This document shows, in pieces, positions 11,881 to 24,005 of a DNA stretch of 64,000 bases; the stretch's first letter is position 1, and every line of letters begins with the position of its first letter. The stretch comes from Amoebophrya sp. A120 (Eukaryota; Protista; Dinoflagellata): positions 786,345 through 850,344 of the forward strand of contig CAJINV010000006.1 of the NCBI GenBank assembly GCA_905178155.1. The letters are read 5' to 3'. The notes under the pieces are model-generated. The model was not told the DNA's origin and searched no databases. It saw only the letters and a list, made by a program, of their open reading frames with translations. The translations under genes and the position numbers were made by a program.

Positions 11881-13110
11881 ATGTCGGCGTTTCTCGTCGG
11901 AAAGAAGCTTGTTGCAACCGCCGCTGGAGGCTTGGGCTTCTTAGCCACTTTGTCTTTGCACGTCGGAACTATTGGCGTGCAAGCTGTGTCGGTTGCGACA
12001 CCAGCAGCTCGGGGGCGTGGCAAAGGACGAAACAAGGGCACGGGCCGCGGCCAGGAACCACGGCGGAAAAATGACGATGTCGCTCATTCAGGTGGGAAGG
12101 GCGGCAGAAGTGGTGATGTAGTTCTTCCGCGCAACCACGCGGAGGAACACAGTTTGGTGTCTTCTACTGCTGATCCTCGTGATGAAGTAGATTCATCTTC
12201 CCGCGTGCCACCTCCGCCCCCTCCTGCGCCCTTTGTCATCAACGCGGAGGAAGCTTTAGACTCTATCGGCTCCCAAGGCCACCCGTTTTCTTGTTGCCAA
12301 CAAGGCTGCAAGTTTTTTACCCGGGGTACGCGTGGCTGCAAAGACGGAAAAGACTGCACACGCTGCCACAAGTGTCGTTTCGTCCGGCCAGAGGGGGACA
12401 GAGAGAGGCACGGCGGACGGGCAGCGCAACGGGCGGCCAAATTTTTGCGGTCATCTTCACAAGCCGGCGCGGCGCTGCTCGGTAGAACCAACGAAGGTGA
12501 CACCAACAGTGACATTAATGATGGCACGACGTCGCCTTCGCGGTATAGCCCGGCGCTGACAGCAACGAGCGCCGGCAGCAGTGGTGTACTAGCTCAAGGA
12601 CTTCTGGCAAGCAGTAGAGGTTCCTCGCCAATTTATGACGAACATGGTAACTACGGAAGCGCAAACACGACCTCCGGAGCAGTACGAAATGCCGGAGGAC
12701 CTCCACGTGACGACTCTGGTAAGCTCTTCGCAGATCCAATCGATATTGACGAGGCTCTGCAGGCGTTTGCTGCATGGAGTACTACTACACCCGGGGGTCG
12801 AACAACTGCCCCCACGACCGGCACAAACACGACGTCGTCAGCAGTTTCTAAGAGTAGTAATTCTACTACTCTCGGCGGGTGTAGTTCGTTTCCACATGAT
12901 TTGAAGCGGCCCGTGCCGCAGCGAGCGGACGAAATGGTCGGCTCGTCTTCACTGTCCGCGGACACGACAGCAGCAGCTTCGGCGAACAGCAATACTAGAC
13001 CGAGACGAGTCCTCTTTTGGGCGGATACTTATGGGTTGTTCCGACGACGAGGACGAGGAGGAAGAATCACTGGCGATTTGGAATGTGGCCCCTGCTGCCG
13101 CTGCTCCTAG
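11881..13110 (+). CDS. CCCH zinc-finger protein with signal-like leader; may continue in another frame to about 13391
   Basis: 409-aa ORF; SIGSQGHPFSCCQQGCKFFTRGTRGCKDGKDCTRCHKC; leader MSAFLVGKKLVATAAGGLGFLATL. Confidence 0.82.
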   Translation: MSAFLVGKKLVATAAGGLGFLATLSLHVGTIGVQAVSVATPAARGRGKGRNKGTGRGQEPRRKNDDVAHSGGKGGRSGDVVLPRNHAEEHSLVSSTADPRDEVDSSSRVPPPPPPAPFVINAEEALDSIGSQGHPFSCCQQGCKFFTRGTRGCKDGKDCTRCHKCRFVRPEGDRERHGGRAAQRAAKFLRSSSQAGAALLGRTNEGDTNSDINDGTTSPSRYSPALTATSAGSSGVLAQGLLASSRGSSPIYDEHGNYGSANTTSGAVRNAGGPPRDDSGKLFADPIDIDEALQAFAAWSTTTPGGRTTAPTTGTNTTSSAVSKSSNSTTLGGCSSFPHDLKRPVPQRADEMVGSSSLSADTTAAASANSNTRPRRVLFWADTYGLFRRRGRGGRITGDLECGPCCRCS

Positions 13111-13111
13111 T

Positions 13112-13156
13112 TCCGCAACGGTTGTTGACCACGATGCCAACGTTCTCGACCTCGAC
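13112..13156 (+). repeat. 45-bp segment duplicated at 14664-14708
   Basis: TCCGCAACGGTTGTTGACCACGATGCCAACGTTCTCGACCTCGAC occurs at both sites. Confidence 0.9.
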
Positions 13157-13391
13157 GAGCTTCTGCAGTACGACGACCAAGCTTCTGCAGTACGACGACA
13201 GCAGGATAATTCGGTTCCTTTCGACGCTTGCAGTTGTTGTAGCTCCGGCACGGGAGAGACGACCGGTACTTGTTTTACGACCGAGGACTGCGGCAGTTGC
13301 AGTACCACAACCGCGTGCTGTTATGGTACTGATGTGGAGGCAGATGTTGATTCTGACGACAGTGAACTCAGCGAAGTAGATGCCGCGGACC

Positions 13392-13655
13392 TATTAAATG
13401 CAAAAGTGTCTGGGACCACTGGAAAGTTGGAACTTGTGATGCTAAATTTGGATTCTAAAAAATTCTGTATTGCATGACCAGCAAGAGAAGTCCTGTTTGT
13501 GCTACGCGGGGAGGCCATTTGTCATGCGGAATAGGCATCAAGAAGCACTCAGAAAATCTGTGATGCCAGCGAATACATCACAGACGTCACGGGCCATGTA
13601 AAATCTGCATGACAAGTTCGCATTCTTCCAGACCCAGACATTTTTACACTTGATA
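13392..13655. mobile_element. Introner family A with non-matching flanks (chimeric or rearranged)
   Basis: TIRs present; flanks ggacc/ccaga do not match. Confidence 0.85.
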
Positions 13656-14655
13656 CCAGAAGGTAAAGGTCTATACTTAAAAATGTGTACCTGCCCCTGC
13701 TGCGGGTCGCAGTAATAAAGCCATTGAAGGTTTCGGAATCAAAAGCCTTCGCGGATTCTCTCTTGCTGTTGCGATTGCTCTACGTATTTTTTCATCAACT
13801 ACTTTATGCAATTCTTCGTATAATAATTCACTGTCTGAAGATGATGATGTCCTAGGAACTAGTCAGAAACACTTATTTGTTCTCTCCGCTCTCGTTCCAA
13901 GAAATTATCTCATATACTAAAGAGAAACTAACCGGCGACCTTTTATTCCATTTTCGTGTTTTTTCGTGCTCTGTCTAAATATGTCAGCAGAAGGCCTACA
14001 TTGATTCAGTGAGAGTAAAAACTCTCGATGAATACTCGACTTGAAAAATGGTTGAATACAGCGCTCTGGAGGACTTTTTTGTACACGAAAATATCGACAG
14101 TTTATTTCATTTTCAAGCACCAACAGCGTCACACTAAATAAATTTCACGCACTTGTTTTCAACTCTTTTACTACAACTCAAGCTTATTTAGAAGTGCGTG
14201 GTCGTCTTCATTTTCTGCATAGTTCTACTTGTGCAGATGAAGGGGACGACAAGCAATTGTCACATCGAAAAAAACCTGCTTCACCCGTACCACCGCGGCC
14301 CTACGGCACGGGCTGCAAGGGTCTTGCGGGTGGCGGGAGAAGGAGAGCAAATGTGAACTCCTACTCAACATCTTCGGGTCAATTGACTACCGAGTGAAAG
14401 TAGATCGTAGATGAGATTTTTTCTCTCTCTTAGACATTTAATCCTGCTAAGTATTGCACTGCTGGAAAATCCCCTTGACCAATAACTCACACGTCAATTT
14501 CGTACCTGAATAATAAAATGATGCTGATACGTTGGTGAAAAAAAAAAAACTGTCCCCGGTGCCCTCTCGTCTCTTCGTGCAGGAGAGATGGCTGATGAAC
14601 TTGGTCTCCTGTTGACAACTTGTTGATCACGTGTTTGGTGCACTGACTTGTAGAA
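13656..14655 (+). repeat. Segmental duplication copy 2
   Basis: Colinear with 1758-2724. Confidence 0.9.
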
Positions 14656-14857
14656 CAAGTGGATCCGCAACGGTTGTTGACCACGATGCCAACGTTCTCG
14701 ACCTCGACCAGCAGAATCCGGGCTGCCAAACGCCGGATTCCTTTGAGCAGGCCGGTTCTCTGCCATTGGATATCTTCACCGAAGCTTTGCAAAATTTCAC
14801 GAAAATGTACTGTCGCAAGAAGTTAACCCAGTAGTTCAACGAACGGATGTTGAATGA

Positions 14858-16613
14858 TTCCTCGGAAGAAGCTCCTGCAGTACAACAACCACTTCCTGTG
14901 CCTGTTTCTGCCCCTCGTCCAGTGAGGCTGCAGGAGAACAGCAGGACAACGGTGCTGTCGACCAAGGGACTAGTAGCCCCTCCACGCAAGAACAAGTTCC
15001 CCCACCCCCGGCCCCGCCCGTGGACCACCGACGGGTTGATGTTCCTCTGACAAAAGAGGAGCAAAAGAAGGCCAAAAAGGCCGAAGCCAAGGCCGCGGCA
15101 TCGGTAGCACAGGACAAATTGATGGCACAGCTCCGGTATCGAATGCAAATATCGATCTGGGCGGTTTTCTGGAAAGATGCAGCGAATTTGTGTGGCTGAG
15201 TCTTGCATGTTGCCAAAGCGATCTCTTGTTCTACGGCTTTCACGCACCACAAATTTTTCGGATGGTATTGCGAGCTCTACCGTGTTTTGCATCACAAAAA
15301 AATTGGTCAATCGCATTTATGCATTACAGATCCTGTTGCTCCTGTTAGTGTTATCCTCCGAATTTCGCATGACAAATCCAGACCCAGATCGATATTTGCA
15401 GTGCATACCCGGGCAAAGCACAGGTCGGTCCGGCTGGAAAAATGGGATGCCAACGTGGGCTCGCTCCAGTGCGGCTGTTCGCCGAAAGAGAAGCATAAAG
15501 ACTGGACGCAGAACTACCGCAGGAAATTGTGCGAGAACGCGTGCCCAAAGTACAAAAGCACCGGCCCGTACGCGATTAGCAAGGCGCCCCGCTGCCCTAA
15601 GGGGCTGAAGTGTGACAGGTGTCATTTGTGCGGCAGGGATGCGCACGCCTTGCAGGTGCAAGAATCTTGGGAGCACTACGTGTATGAAATGCAAAAGCAT
15701 CGTACTAGTATAAATCGCATGACAAATTTCCTCCGCATGAGAAATGAAATTTGTAATGCGGATTTACCTTAAGGAAAAGATTTGTAATGCATAAACGCGA
15801 TTGCTACGAGTGCGATACTTTTGCACAGGATAACGTGCAAGAATGCCGCGAGGACCCGCTGGAGGCAATGGCTTCCCCCGGTCGTCTATGCATTGCAAAA
15901 ATGTCTGGGTCTGGAAACTTGTGATGCGATGTGGCGAATCATGAGGATGCCACAATTGACGGCTGAGCATGACAAGTTTCTGCGTAGTTGCTAGGTGTTG
16001 TCTAATCAGCATGACCAACAACGTTTGTGCCTAACAGAAAGTTGAAGGCTTTGGGCAACGTGCATGACAGACTTGAGAGTCATGCCAGCCGAGCAAGACA
16101 AAATTACATTCTTCCAGACCCAGACATATTTGCAATGCATATCATCAGATTCGTGGCAATTCTTGTTCGCAGCAGCAGCCGCAGCAGCAGAAAAGTGGTC
16201 GTACAACTGCAGCTGCACCAGCCATTTCTAGCCGGCGGCAGTCTGAACAAGCACCAGGGGCGACGTCTGAAGCTGCTGCGCGTGCCGGGGGACCAGCACG
16301 AGCTACTGCATTCGACCACGGTGTGGAAGCACGCCAACGTCGACCCGAGCAGACGCGAGCAACCAGTACTACCGGTGCAGCTGCCAGAGGCGGCAAGGGC
16401 ATTAGTAGTAAAACCCGACTTGTTCCTCGCGGGGGCAAGTTTAAGGGGAAGAGGGAAGCCGCCCGCTCCTCGGTGGATCATGACGTTGGAGCAGCAGCAC
16501 GGTGCCCCTGGGAGCCCGCAGCAGCACCAACCCCAGCGGGGGCTTCCCCGCCCGCTCCAGCCTTCACAGCTTTTAGCGGGGAAGACATTGCAAAATTCAT
16601 GTCCTCTCGATAG
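14858..16613 (+). CDS. Divergent CCCH zinc-finger gene split by 3 introners; 5' end unresolved
   Basis: Spliced frame ...KLMAQLR|AKHRSVRLEKWDANVGSLQC...CPKGLKCDRCHLC...HYV|QECREDP...GR|QIRGNS...KFMSSR*; no in-frame ATG at the start of the open frame. Confidence 0.6.
15137..15407. mobile_element. Introner family A
   Basis: TIRs, DR tccgg/cccgg. Confidence 0.88.
15683..15832. mobile_element. Introner family D (TIR core AAAAGTATCGTACTCGTA)
   Basis: TIRs, DR acgtg/acgtg. Confidence 0.9.
15887..16141. mobile_element. Introner family A
   Basis: TIRs, DR tcgtc/tcatc. Confidence 0.88.
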
Positions 16614-17929
16614 AGTTGATTTTATTTCTCTGTCCGAAAGCGATCTGCGATCAGAAGCGTGTAGTACGAGATTGATTTGTTTTATACGAACACGGCTCTA
16701 ATACTCAAAAGTCGTTCTCGTTCTTCGTAAAATCTAGTAAGTCAAGATGGAGCTACTGCTCCTGCTGCTCCAGCAGCTTTAGAAATTTGTTCTACAGTGA
16801 TGGCGAACGAGCTGTATCAGTGATACTACTCTGGCTGGGAAGTGATGTCGTGTGAAATTGTTGTTGTTCATCCCAAAGAACCGCAGTACTCACAGCTCGT
16901 TAGAGTCACTCTCTTCATTTTTCGCTATGTACTTAGAAAGATCTTCATCAAATTTACACGAAGTGGCTTTCTTCATCATTTACAAATAGCGGTCCGTTAT
17001 TTTTTCCTGACAACTACAGCTTGCTCGTATTTCTATTTTTCCCACCGTTCTATTGAACAACTGTCCACAGAAGTAGTCTTAGAAACTTCATTAACTTCTG
17101 CTGCAATTGAGCTTCAACGGTCAGCAGCCTTCACAGGCTTGTTGGCTCCGGAATGCTTTTTGCTCTGGAAATATGATGACGTTAATGAGTTGACATTCTT
17201 TCAGCTTCAGAACAGCACTGTATAAACGTAAAAATTTCTACTAGTCTTTTCTAGAGAAAATTTCTTGATGAATAGCAATCTTACTAGGCACTGCTCAGGT
17301 TTTTTGCCTTTAGCTACTCGAGCGAGTATATGGAAATGATCTTGCTATAATAAATTTTTTACTGGCCGGCTGATTTCGACCACAGTGGCGGAATAAGTAA
17401 TAAGTTGCCCTGCTAGCGGTAGGGCCCTCCACTACGGAGTAAAAAATAAAACCGGAACAAAAAGTAGAAGATGAACTGCGTAGCAAGTTGTTTAGCAAGT
17501 CGTAGTTTTAATACACACGATCGTCATCGTCCACAACTCGAATATGTTTTTGTGAAAGAGAACAAACTTTCGCGAAGTAGATCAGAAGTTGTGGATTTGA
17601 AAACAGCATGATTATCCTGAATGAAACCGCTGCTACGTGGGCGACGATGTGTTGAGACCCCAGATGGTCTTCAAGTGCTCGCCCGGGCGAGCGGAAAAAA
17701 ATTTTTTCCTTGGACGAAGATCTCGAATTCTGCAGCACCTAGATGTAACTCCCGTAGCCGTAGTTGACCGCGAAAGCGCCCTGGTGTCGCGCGTTGTCGT
17801 CCGGTGTTTTCTTCACGGATTCTGTCGTAAACTGGTGCTGGTTTCTATCTTGGCAGCGTCGTTACGTGACCGTGCAAAAATACTTCGTCATATAAGTCAG
17901 GATCCGATCAGTGTTTTTTTTTTTTTTTT

Positions 17930-18045
17930 ACGTGGCGCGCAGCGCATTTTCGTGTCATGGTTGTTCGTACTTGGTGGAGCCGTAAACTCGGACAGTCGTC
18001 GTGCCTCCGTCGTTCAGTAGGAACCTCTTCGATGATACCTCTCGT
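17930..18045. repeat. ~120-bp dispersed repeat, second copy at about 19805-19928
   Basis: Shared GGTGGAGCCGTAAAC and TCCGTCGTTCAGTAGGAACCTCTTCGATGAT. Confidence 0.8.
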
Positions 18046-19148
18046 ACAATTTTTACGCGTCCGTCGTTTCCGTTGACAGAATCAGCGCTGCCGCTGCTGC
18101 TTGGCTGGCGTGATAAGGTTGCTGTCGAAGATGAAAAGTGTTTTCGATCTGCTTCTTTGAACCTACTTAAATTTGAAAGCACGCATGTATGACTAAGTAT
18201 CGCAGCAGCCCTCCTCACTTGCTTGAACAGTTTACTACTACTACGAGCTGTTGTAATTGTAATACTACCAGAGCTTCGTTTTTTTAAATTCGAAGTAAAA
18301 ACAGGATCTACTTGACAGCCAGTGTGATCGTGTCGCAGTGGCAACTGAGCACAACAGTGTTCGTGTTCTCTAGTTGTACTTGCGGGCACTGGGTATTAAT
18401 TTTGCACATTTATTTTTGAGTACCTACGTGGGTGTCTTAGTCTTTCAGATAATATTAATATCGTATCCTGCTTGAACTTTCTTGACCCTCCATCATGCCA
18501 CTGCAGTGGAAATCGAAGTTTGCGCGGATCGGAGCGGCTACGGCCTCGACGGTTTCTCTCTTGGGAGGGGGGGGGGCGTTTTTTGTCGGCGCGGCGAAGA
18601 TCAGCCCCACGAGTACCCACGCATGGGTTGGATCGGAAACCTCGCCGTCGGGGTTTGTGGACGTGAATCATGGTCACCGCAAGAAGAGTCGGGTCTTCGA
18701 CAAGGAAAAGAGGAAGACGAAGACGAAGACGAGAAGTACGAAGGCAAGCCTAGCTGCTCGTGTTGGTCGTGATGATGATGCTGTGAAGGTGGTTAATGCG
18801 GGGGCGAAACTGGGTCAAGCCGGAATTCTTATGGAACTCGTATTTTTCTCTACTCCCGGTAGTGCTTGTGCTTCTACGCACCGGAGAGATTAAAGTCCGA
18901 AAGAGATTGCCAAGTAGCAGCACGTTACCCATTCGACCACGATTCTTGGATTTTGGCGAGAGTTGTTGCTACCTTTGCATGTCCGTTTTCTTCATGCCAT
19001 ATGACGAATGATGCATGAGCGCAAGATAAATGCAAATGGTGGTCCGTGGATTTTGCTGTGAGTACGCATTTATTATTGTCTGAGCCGACGCGGTGCGGGC
19101 TTTTGTCTTCGTGCGTTTATTTTGATTTTCATTTTCATCTGAACCTGG

Positions 19149-19656
19149 CATGCTAGGAAATAATTTGCTCGTGGAACTGAGAAATATCAAATGCGAATTT
19201 GTTTCGGTCTGGGTCTGGAAGATTGCAAACCTGTCATGATCGGCTGGAGCGGCGAACATAAACGTTGTGCCAAGCACCATGTTGCCGAGATGCTTTTGGA
19301 TTTTTTGCGAAAACGCAATTCGTGGTCATGCGCATTCGTATAATGAAGCAGACAGTCTGCTTCAAGCTTGTCATCATGCCTGATTGCGTGTCGCAAGCTT
19401 CTGATCATTGAGACACGAGCATCGTGACTTCTTCTAGACCGGAAGAAATTTGCAAGTCATAAAGAAAATTTACATCACGATAGTGAAGGTCGTGCAAATT
19501 CCGGACGCTGTGGGTGTTGCTGGCGACGCCGCGGCTGGTATTGTGGGCGGTTTCGCGGACACCGTCGGAGACGTAGTTAGTTTCGTTGACGACGCCGTCC
19601 AATTTGTGCCGAATGCCGTAAAAGGATTCTCGGAAGCGTATGGTTGGCATTTGTAA
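19149..19656 (+). CDS. Possible small introner-split exon pair, unknown product
   Basis: MLGNNLLVELRK joins approximately to IYITIVKVVQIPDAVGVAGDAAAGIVGGFADTVGDVVSFVDDAVQF...GWHL* after removal of the degenerate element; junction phase not clean. Confidence 0.3.
19185..19461. mobile_element. Degenerate introner family A
   Basis: TATCAAATGC..GTCTGGGTCTGGAA left end, decayed right TIR, DR agaaa offset by 1. Confidence 0.7.
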
Positions 19657-20678
19657 CCCAACCCTTTATCAGATCGCAAACCGAAGTCTTGGCCCCGAGA
19701 AGCTGCCCCCTGCCAATGCTATATACGTTGAAAAATGCCTCGCACCAGACAAGATTAAGACTTTGAAAAATGCCTCGCGCAGCCGTACGGGTCACTTAGC
19801 TTTTTTCGCGGCGCACCGCTTATTTTCGTGTCTTGGTTCGTACATGGTGGTGGTGGAGCCGTAAACACTGACCGTCGTCGGGCGTCCGTCGTTCAGTAGG
19901 AACCTCTTCGATGATCATACCTCTCGTCCGTCGTTCAAGAGAAAAAGAATTTTGTCGTTGGACAAAGATCTCGGCTCAAGACTGCAAATTGCTTTTGGCT
20001 TCCGCCGAAGCATCTGCAAATTGCCACACACATGCACGACCGCGACCATCAAATTCATTGAGAGTTTTGTCGTCGGTGAAAAGAATGATAAAGTTAAAGT
20101 AAGTACATAGTACCGCCGCTCGGTGTAGTCGGTTTGGAGATCATATTGTGCTGAAATTTAGTACCTACAAATCTACAACCCAATCTTGTGGGCTACTTTC
20201 TTTTGATGCGATCCAACAAAATAAATATAAATCATGTCGGAAGGGGTGGTCTTGAAGATCTTGATGTCGAGGAAGAGGGAGCGTGTACTGTCTGCAACAA
20301 GTTCTTCGGTCTGCAACAAGTTCTTCGATCTGCAACATCTTCTTCGATATTACGTGCTAGACTCGAGTCGGAAATAAAATCACCGTCTCATCTTTCTCAA
20401 GTTGGTTCAATTTGGCAGCACATCTTCAGTAACTCTGTTCCTAGTGGCAAGGCAAGATAAGAAATTACAGCGCGTTCTAATCTACTTGTACTTATACAAC
20501 TTGAAGATCTATTTATTAAATCGAGCGATATATCAACCACACTGCCAAAGGGCACACTGCCAACATCATCATCACAACTACTAAGCAAGAGAACGCCGAC
20601 AACAACAACTGCTACTTTTGTAAATATAGAATCAAAGCTAAGTAAGCTAGAAGTTGTACTAAGCGCAAGAACGAAGCA

Positions 20679-22196
20679 ATGTCGGCGTTCTTTGGAAGAA
20701 AGCTTGTTGCCGCCGCCGGGGCTGCAGGCTTCTTTGCCACGTTGCACGTCGGAAGTGAGGTGGTCATAGCTGGCGTGCAAGCAGCACGCCCCGCTTCTCT
20801 TTCATCTCCAGCAGGTCGTGGCCGTCCGTCTTCTCTTTCATCTCCAGCAGGTCGTGGCCGTCCGTCTTCTCTTTCATCTCCAGCAGGTCGTGGCCGTCCC
20901 GCTCCTCGTACATCTTCAGCAGATCGTGTCCGTAGCAAAGGAAAGCCGTTCGCAGGCGTTCCTGGGCTGCCTGAGAAGCATTTCTCAGCCGCAGTGTCCT
21001 TCTCCGAGGTACAGCTACACGGTGAGCCGCGCCGCGTGGTGTTCCAAAAAATTGACGGAAAAACAAGGAACGACCAGCGCGATTCTTTCCAGATTTACCC
21101 GGAGCAGGTAGACGCAAAAAACCCTGAGAATGAGGACATGCGGATTGGGGCCTTCCTGAAGCCTGGCGGGGATTACTTCGAATATTCCACTAGCAACGGC
21201 AATCGACTTTCCGGAGACACGCCGATTCGGTATCTCGATGACTGGAAGAATGGGGAGCCTGAAATCGTACTGCGCTACGCGTTCACGAAAACCGCCAGCA
21301 GTGCAGTAGAGGCTGGGTCGTCGTCGTCGTCCCACGAAACGGTCGCAAGCCTGACGAGGGAGCAGAAGGCAAGACTGACTAAGGAGCAACAGTGTGCGGT
21401 GTTGCACGGGGCAAAGAAGTATCAGTCCAGCGAAGACCTCGTGTTGCAAGACATACGCAACGGACGGGTTGACATACAAAATGCGGAGGACTATTTGCGA
21501 AACCAGGTTCCGTTCGACGTGCGGCGAAATTACCGTCTTATGAATTCGCTCGTTTGCCTGGCGCCCCGGGTGCTGCAGTATGCAACACGGGATGTGCTGA
21601 GAACGCACGCTCCGGCACCGGTTCCGAAGAGGGAGCGAAAACAAGTCCGGTTCAAAAAGATTTTTAAAGGCTGGGAAAGCGATACCGACGTCGAAGCGCG
21701 GATCAAGAATCTGCCGTCGCAAAACAGTAACGTCGTGGTCCCAGGGCCGCAGTGTGATTATTCACATCACCTTCGCAGGTACGTACGAAACGAACAACCC
21801 TGTGACGTCGTCCCGAGGCCGGGTTGTGCTCATTCACATGTCCCTCACAGGTCCGGACGAAGCGCACCTGGAAGAAGCTCCCCCTCGCGAGACGCCGGAA
21901 GCCCCGGACTACAAGAGACTTCGGATTTTGCGTTGGGTGATCGTCTAAAGAGAATCAATGCTCTCAACAATTTTACTTATATAGGTTGGGAAAGAATTGG
22001 TGGCGAAGACGACAAGCGGAGGTGGGTCGCTAGACGAGAATCAGTGAATCCAAATCGGTGTACTTTCAACTTGCCAAAACGAGAGTGTACACGATGCTGC
22101 AGGCGTTTGCGTGGAGCATCGCAGGAGGAGCAAGTGAGGTCTGTTTACCGAGGACTTGTTTCTGTATCCAGAGCTCTCTGCTGCTACCTGGTCTAG
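20679..22196 (+). CDS. Hypothetical secreted protein with leader homologous to the 11881 gene; no zinc finger; weak DUF4116-like segment
   Basis: 505-aa intronless ORF; MSAFFGRKLVAAAGAAGFFATLHVG; 3x SLSSPAGRGRP. Confidence 0.75.
   Translation: MSAFFGRKLVAAAGAAGFFATLHVGSEVVIAGVQAARPASLSSPAGRGRPSSLSSPAGRGRPSSLSSPAGRGRPAPRTSSADRVRSKGKPFAGVPGLPEKHFSAAVSFSEVQLHGEPRRVVFQKIDGKTRNDQRDSFQIYPEQVDAKNPENEDMRIGAFLKPGGDYFEYSTSNGNRLSGDTPIRYLDDWKNGEPEIVLRYAFTKTASSAVEAGSSSSSHETVASLTREQKARLTKEQQCAVLHGAKKYQSSEDLVLQDIRNGRVDIQNAEDYLRNQVPFDVRRNYRLMNSLVCLAPRVLQYATRDVLRTHAPAPVPKRERKQVRFKKIFKGWESDTDVEARIKNLPSQNSNVVVPGPQCDYSHHLRRYVRNEQPCDVVPRPGCAHSHVPHRSGRSAPGRSSPSRDAGSPGLQETSDFALGDRLKRINALNNFTYIGWERIGGEDDKRRWVARRESVNPNRCTFNLPKRECTRCCRRLRGASQEEQVRSVYRGLVSVSRALCCYLV
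20795..20900 (+). repeat. 3x 36-bp coding tandem repeat
   Basis: TCTCTTTCATCTCCAGCAGGTCGTGGCCGTCC units. Confidence 0.9.
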
Positions 22197-22509
22197 CCTT
22201 GAGTTTGTTTGAAGAAGATAGTTGTACAATTTACTTTACGCTTTCCTGTATTTCAATTTCCCTGAGAGGACAAGTGGCTTCTTCTTAAGAGAGTTCGCCA
22301 CAGTGGTCGTCCCTCAGTTTGACTAGTAGTTGTATTCCTAATGTTGTATTCCTAATTTGTTACCTATCTATATCATGTGTATGATGCCGTCAGAAGTTGT
22401 TTGAAGTTGAACGTCTCGAAACATAAAGGCCATGAAGAAGTTTGGTCTGGAAAGTAAGTAGTACCAGGAACAGTTTTAGCACTCGTGTATAATGATGGGG
22501 ATTTTTAGC

Positions 22510-22685
22510 TTTATGACATAACATTTGAAGCCACAGCCTGAAGCCTTATGACATTTGAAAACAGCGTGAAGCCTTATGAAATTTGAAGGCACAACGGGAA
22601 GCCCTTATGATATTCGAAGCCAGAGCGTGAAGCCTTATGACATTGTGAAGCCACACCGCAGCGTGAAGCCTTATGCCTTGTGAAG
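22510..22685. repeat. Degenerate ~30-bp minisatellite, about 6 units
   Basis: GAAGCCTTATGACATTTGAAGCCACAGCGT-like units. Confidence 0.85.
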
Positions 22686-22899
22686 TGTAGCAATGGGCCT
22701 AAGCCTGAAATTTAAAGAAACAACTGACCTACTTATCCGAAGACATTCGTCGTGAGCAATTGGTGACACGAATACTAGGAGGCAGGTGCTATGATTACCC
22801 ACCTGACTCTGGGCTCACATGCTCTGTGTTCTTCCGGGATTTATACGAAAGACAACGCGGCCCGGTCTCTGGGAAACTGGAATGGAAGCTGGTTGTGTC

Positions 22900-24005
22900 C
22901 TCTGGTTTATTTTACAGCGCCCGCAGAGGGATGGCGCGAAAGGCGTGGGGCTACGTATTCCGCCGCGCCGAGCGGCTGCATTCTTGCGCGGCCGCTACAG
23001 GGGTGGCGCCGCGGCGACTGGACCGGATCGGGGCTGTGTGTTTTGCCGCTGGGGGCTTCGAGCACGACGCCCCCGGTGGGCGAGGGGGGCCGCTTTCCAA
23101 AATAAACGCGCGGAACGGCTAGGCCGGGCGGGAGCAGCAGGCCGGCGCATTGCGCCCCGAAGGCCGCCCAGCTTGGAGAAGGCGGCGGAGCGTTTTTCCT
23201 TTTCTTTCATTCAACACAGCGACCAGCGTACTCCTTTCGAAAAGCGTCCGTCTTAGCGACGGCCCCCATTCCGGGGGCCGTCCTGTGCAAAGGCGGGCCG
23301 TCGCACCCCGGAGGCGCCCCCTCGCTCGAGGGCCGAGCCGCCGGGGGTTTGGCGCAAATTCGCCCCGCCCCCGCCACCGCGGCGGACATTGCGGCGCGCG
23401 GGCGTTCCCCAAGGCGAGAAGAGGCCCCGCGACCTGGCCGGACGCCAGGCGGGCGGCCCGCGTGCGTCCGCGGCAGCAGGTCTGCCCGGTGGCGGAGCCG
23501 GCGGCCGGGCCGAGGCAAAGCCCCCGGGGGTGGGCGTTCCACTCGAAGCAAGGCCGGGACGCTGAAGACACCGGGGCGGGCCCCCGGTGTTATGGCTGGC
23601 CGAAGATCGGGCATAGTTTGATGCAGAGCGAGCCGTCTGCGCCGCCTTTCGCCTTCCTACCTTCCAGGGGGCCGGCCCCCCGTCCGGGCCCCCCGAGGCC
23701 GATCATTCCCGGGCGTGTTTCTTAGCGCCGCAGCCTTCCCGGCCCCGCCTTGCTGCGTGTGGCCGCCCTACTTTGCCCGCGCGGGCGCCCGGTCTGGCGC
23801 CACCCGGCCGGCCACTGGCACGCCGGCTTGGGCGCGGGGTGGGCCGATAGGCCGGTGGGCCTGCAGGCCACCCGCTACCCGGTTTTGGTAGGCGGGCCCG
23901 TTTGTTGCTCCCCTGGCTGGTTGCGATGTACTAGCACGCCCAGCTGGGCGTGGTGCCCCTGCGCCTCGTGTGTCTATCTCCGTGAGGCGCCACGCTGCGG
24001 CCCCT
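22900..24005. other. GC-rich block without a convincing ORF
   Basis: Abrupt GC increase; only R/P/G/A-biased short ORFs in all frames. Confidence 0.55.

Noticed and set aside
16800-18950. Possible minus-strand gene(s)
   Set aside because: Only short stop-interrupted ORFs; no coherent model
19971-19980. TCGGCTCAAG resembling the 3' end of DinoSL
   Set aside because: Only 8 matching bases; compatible with chance
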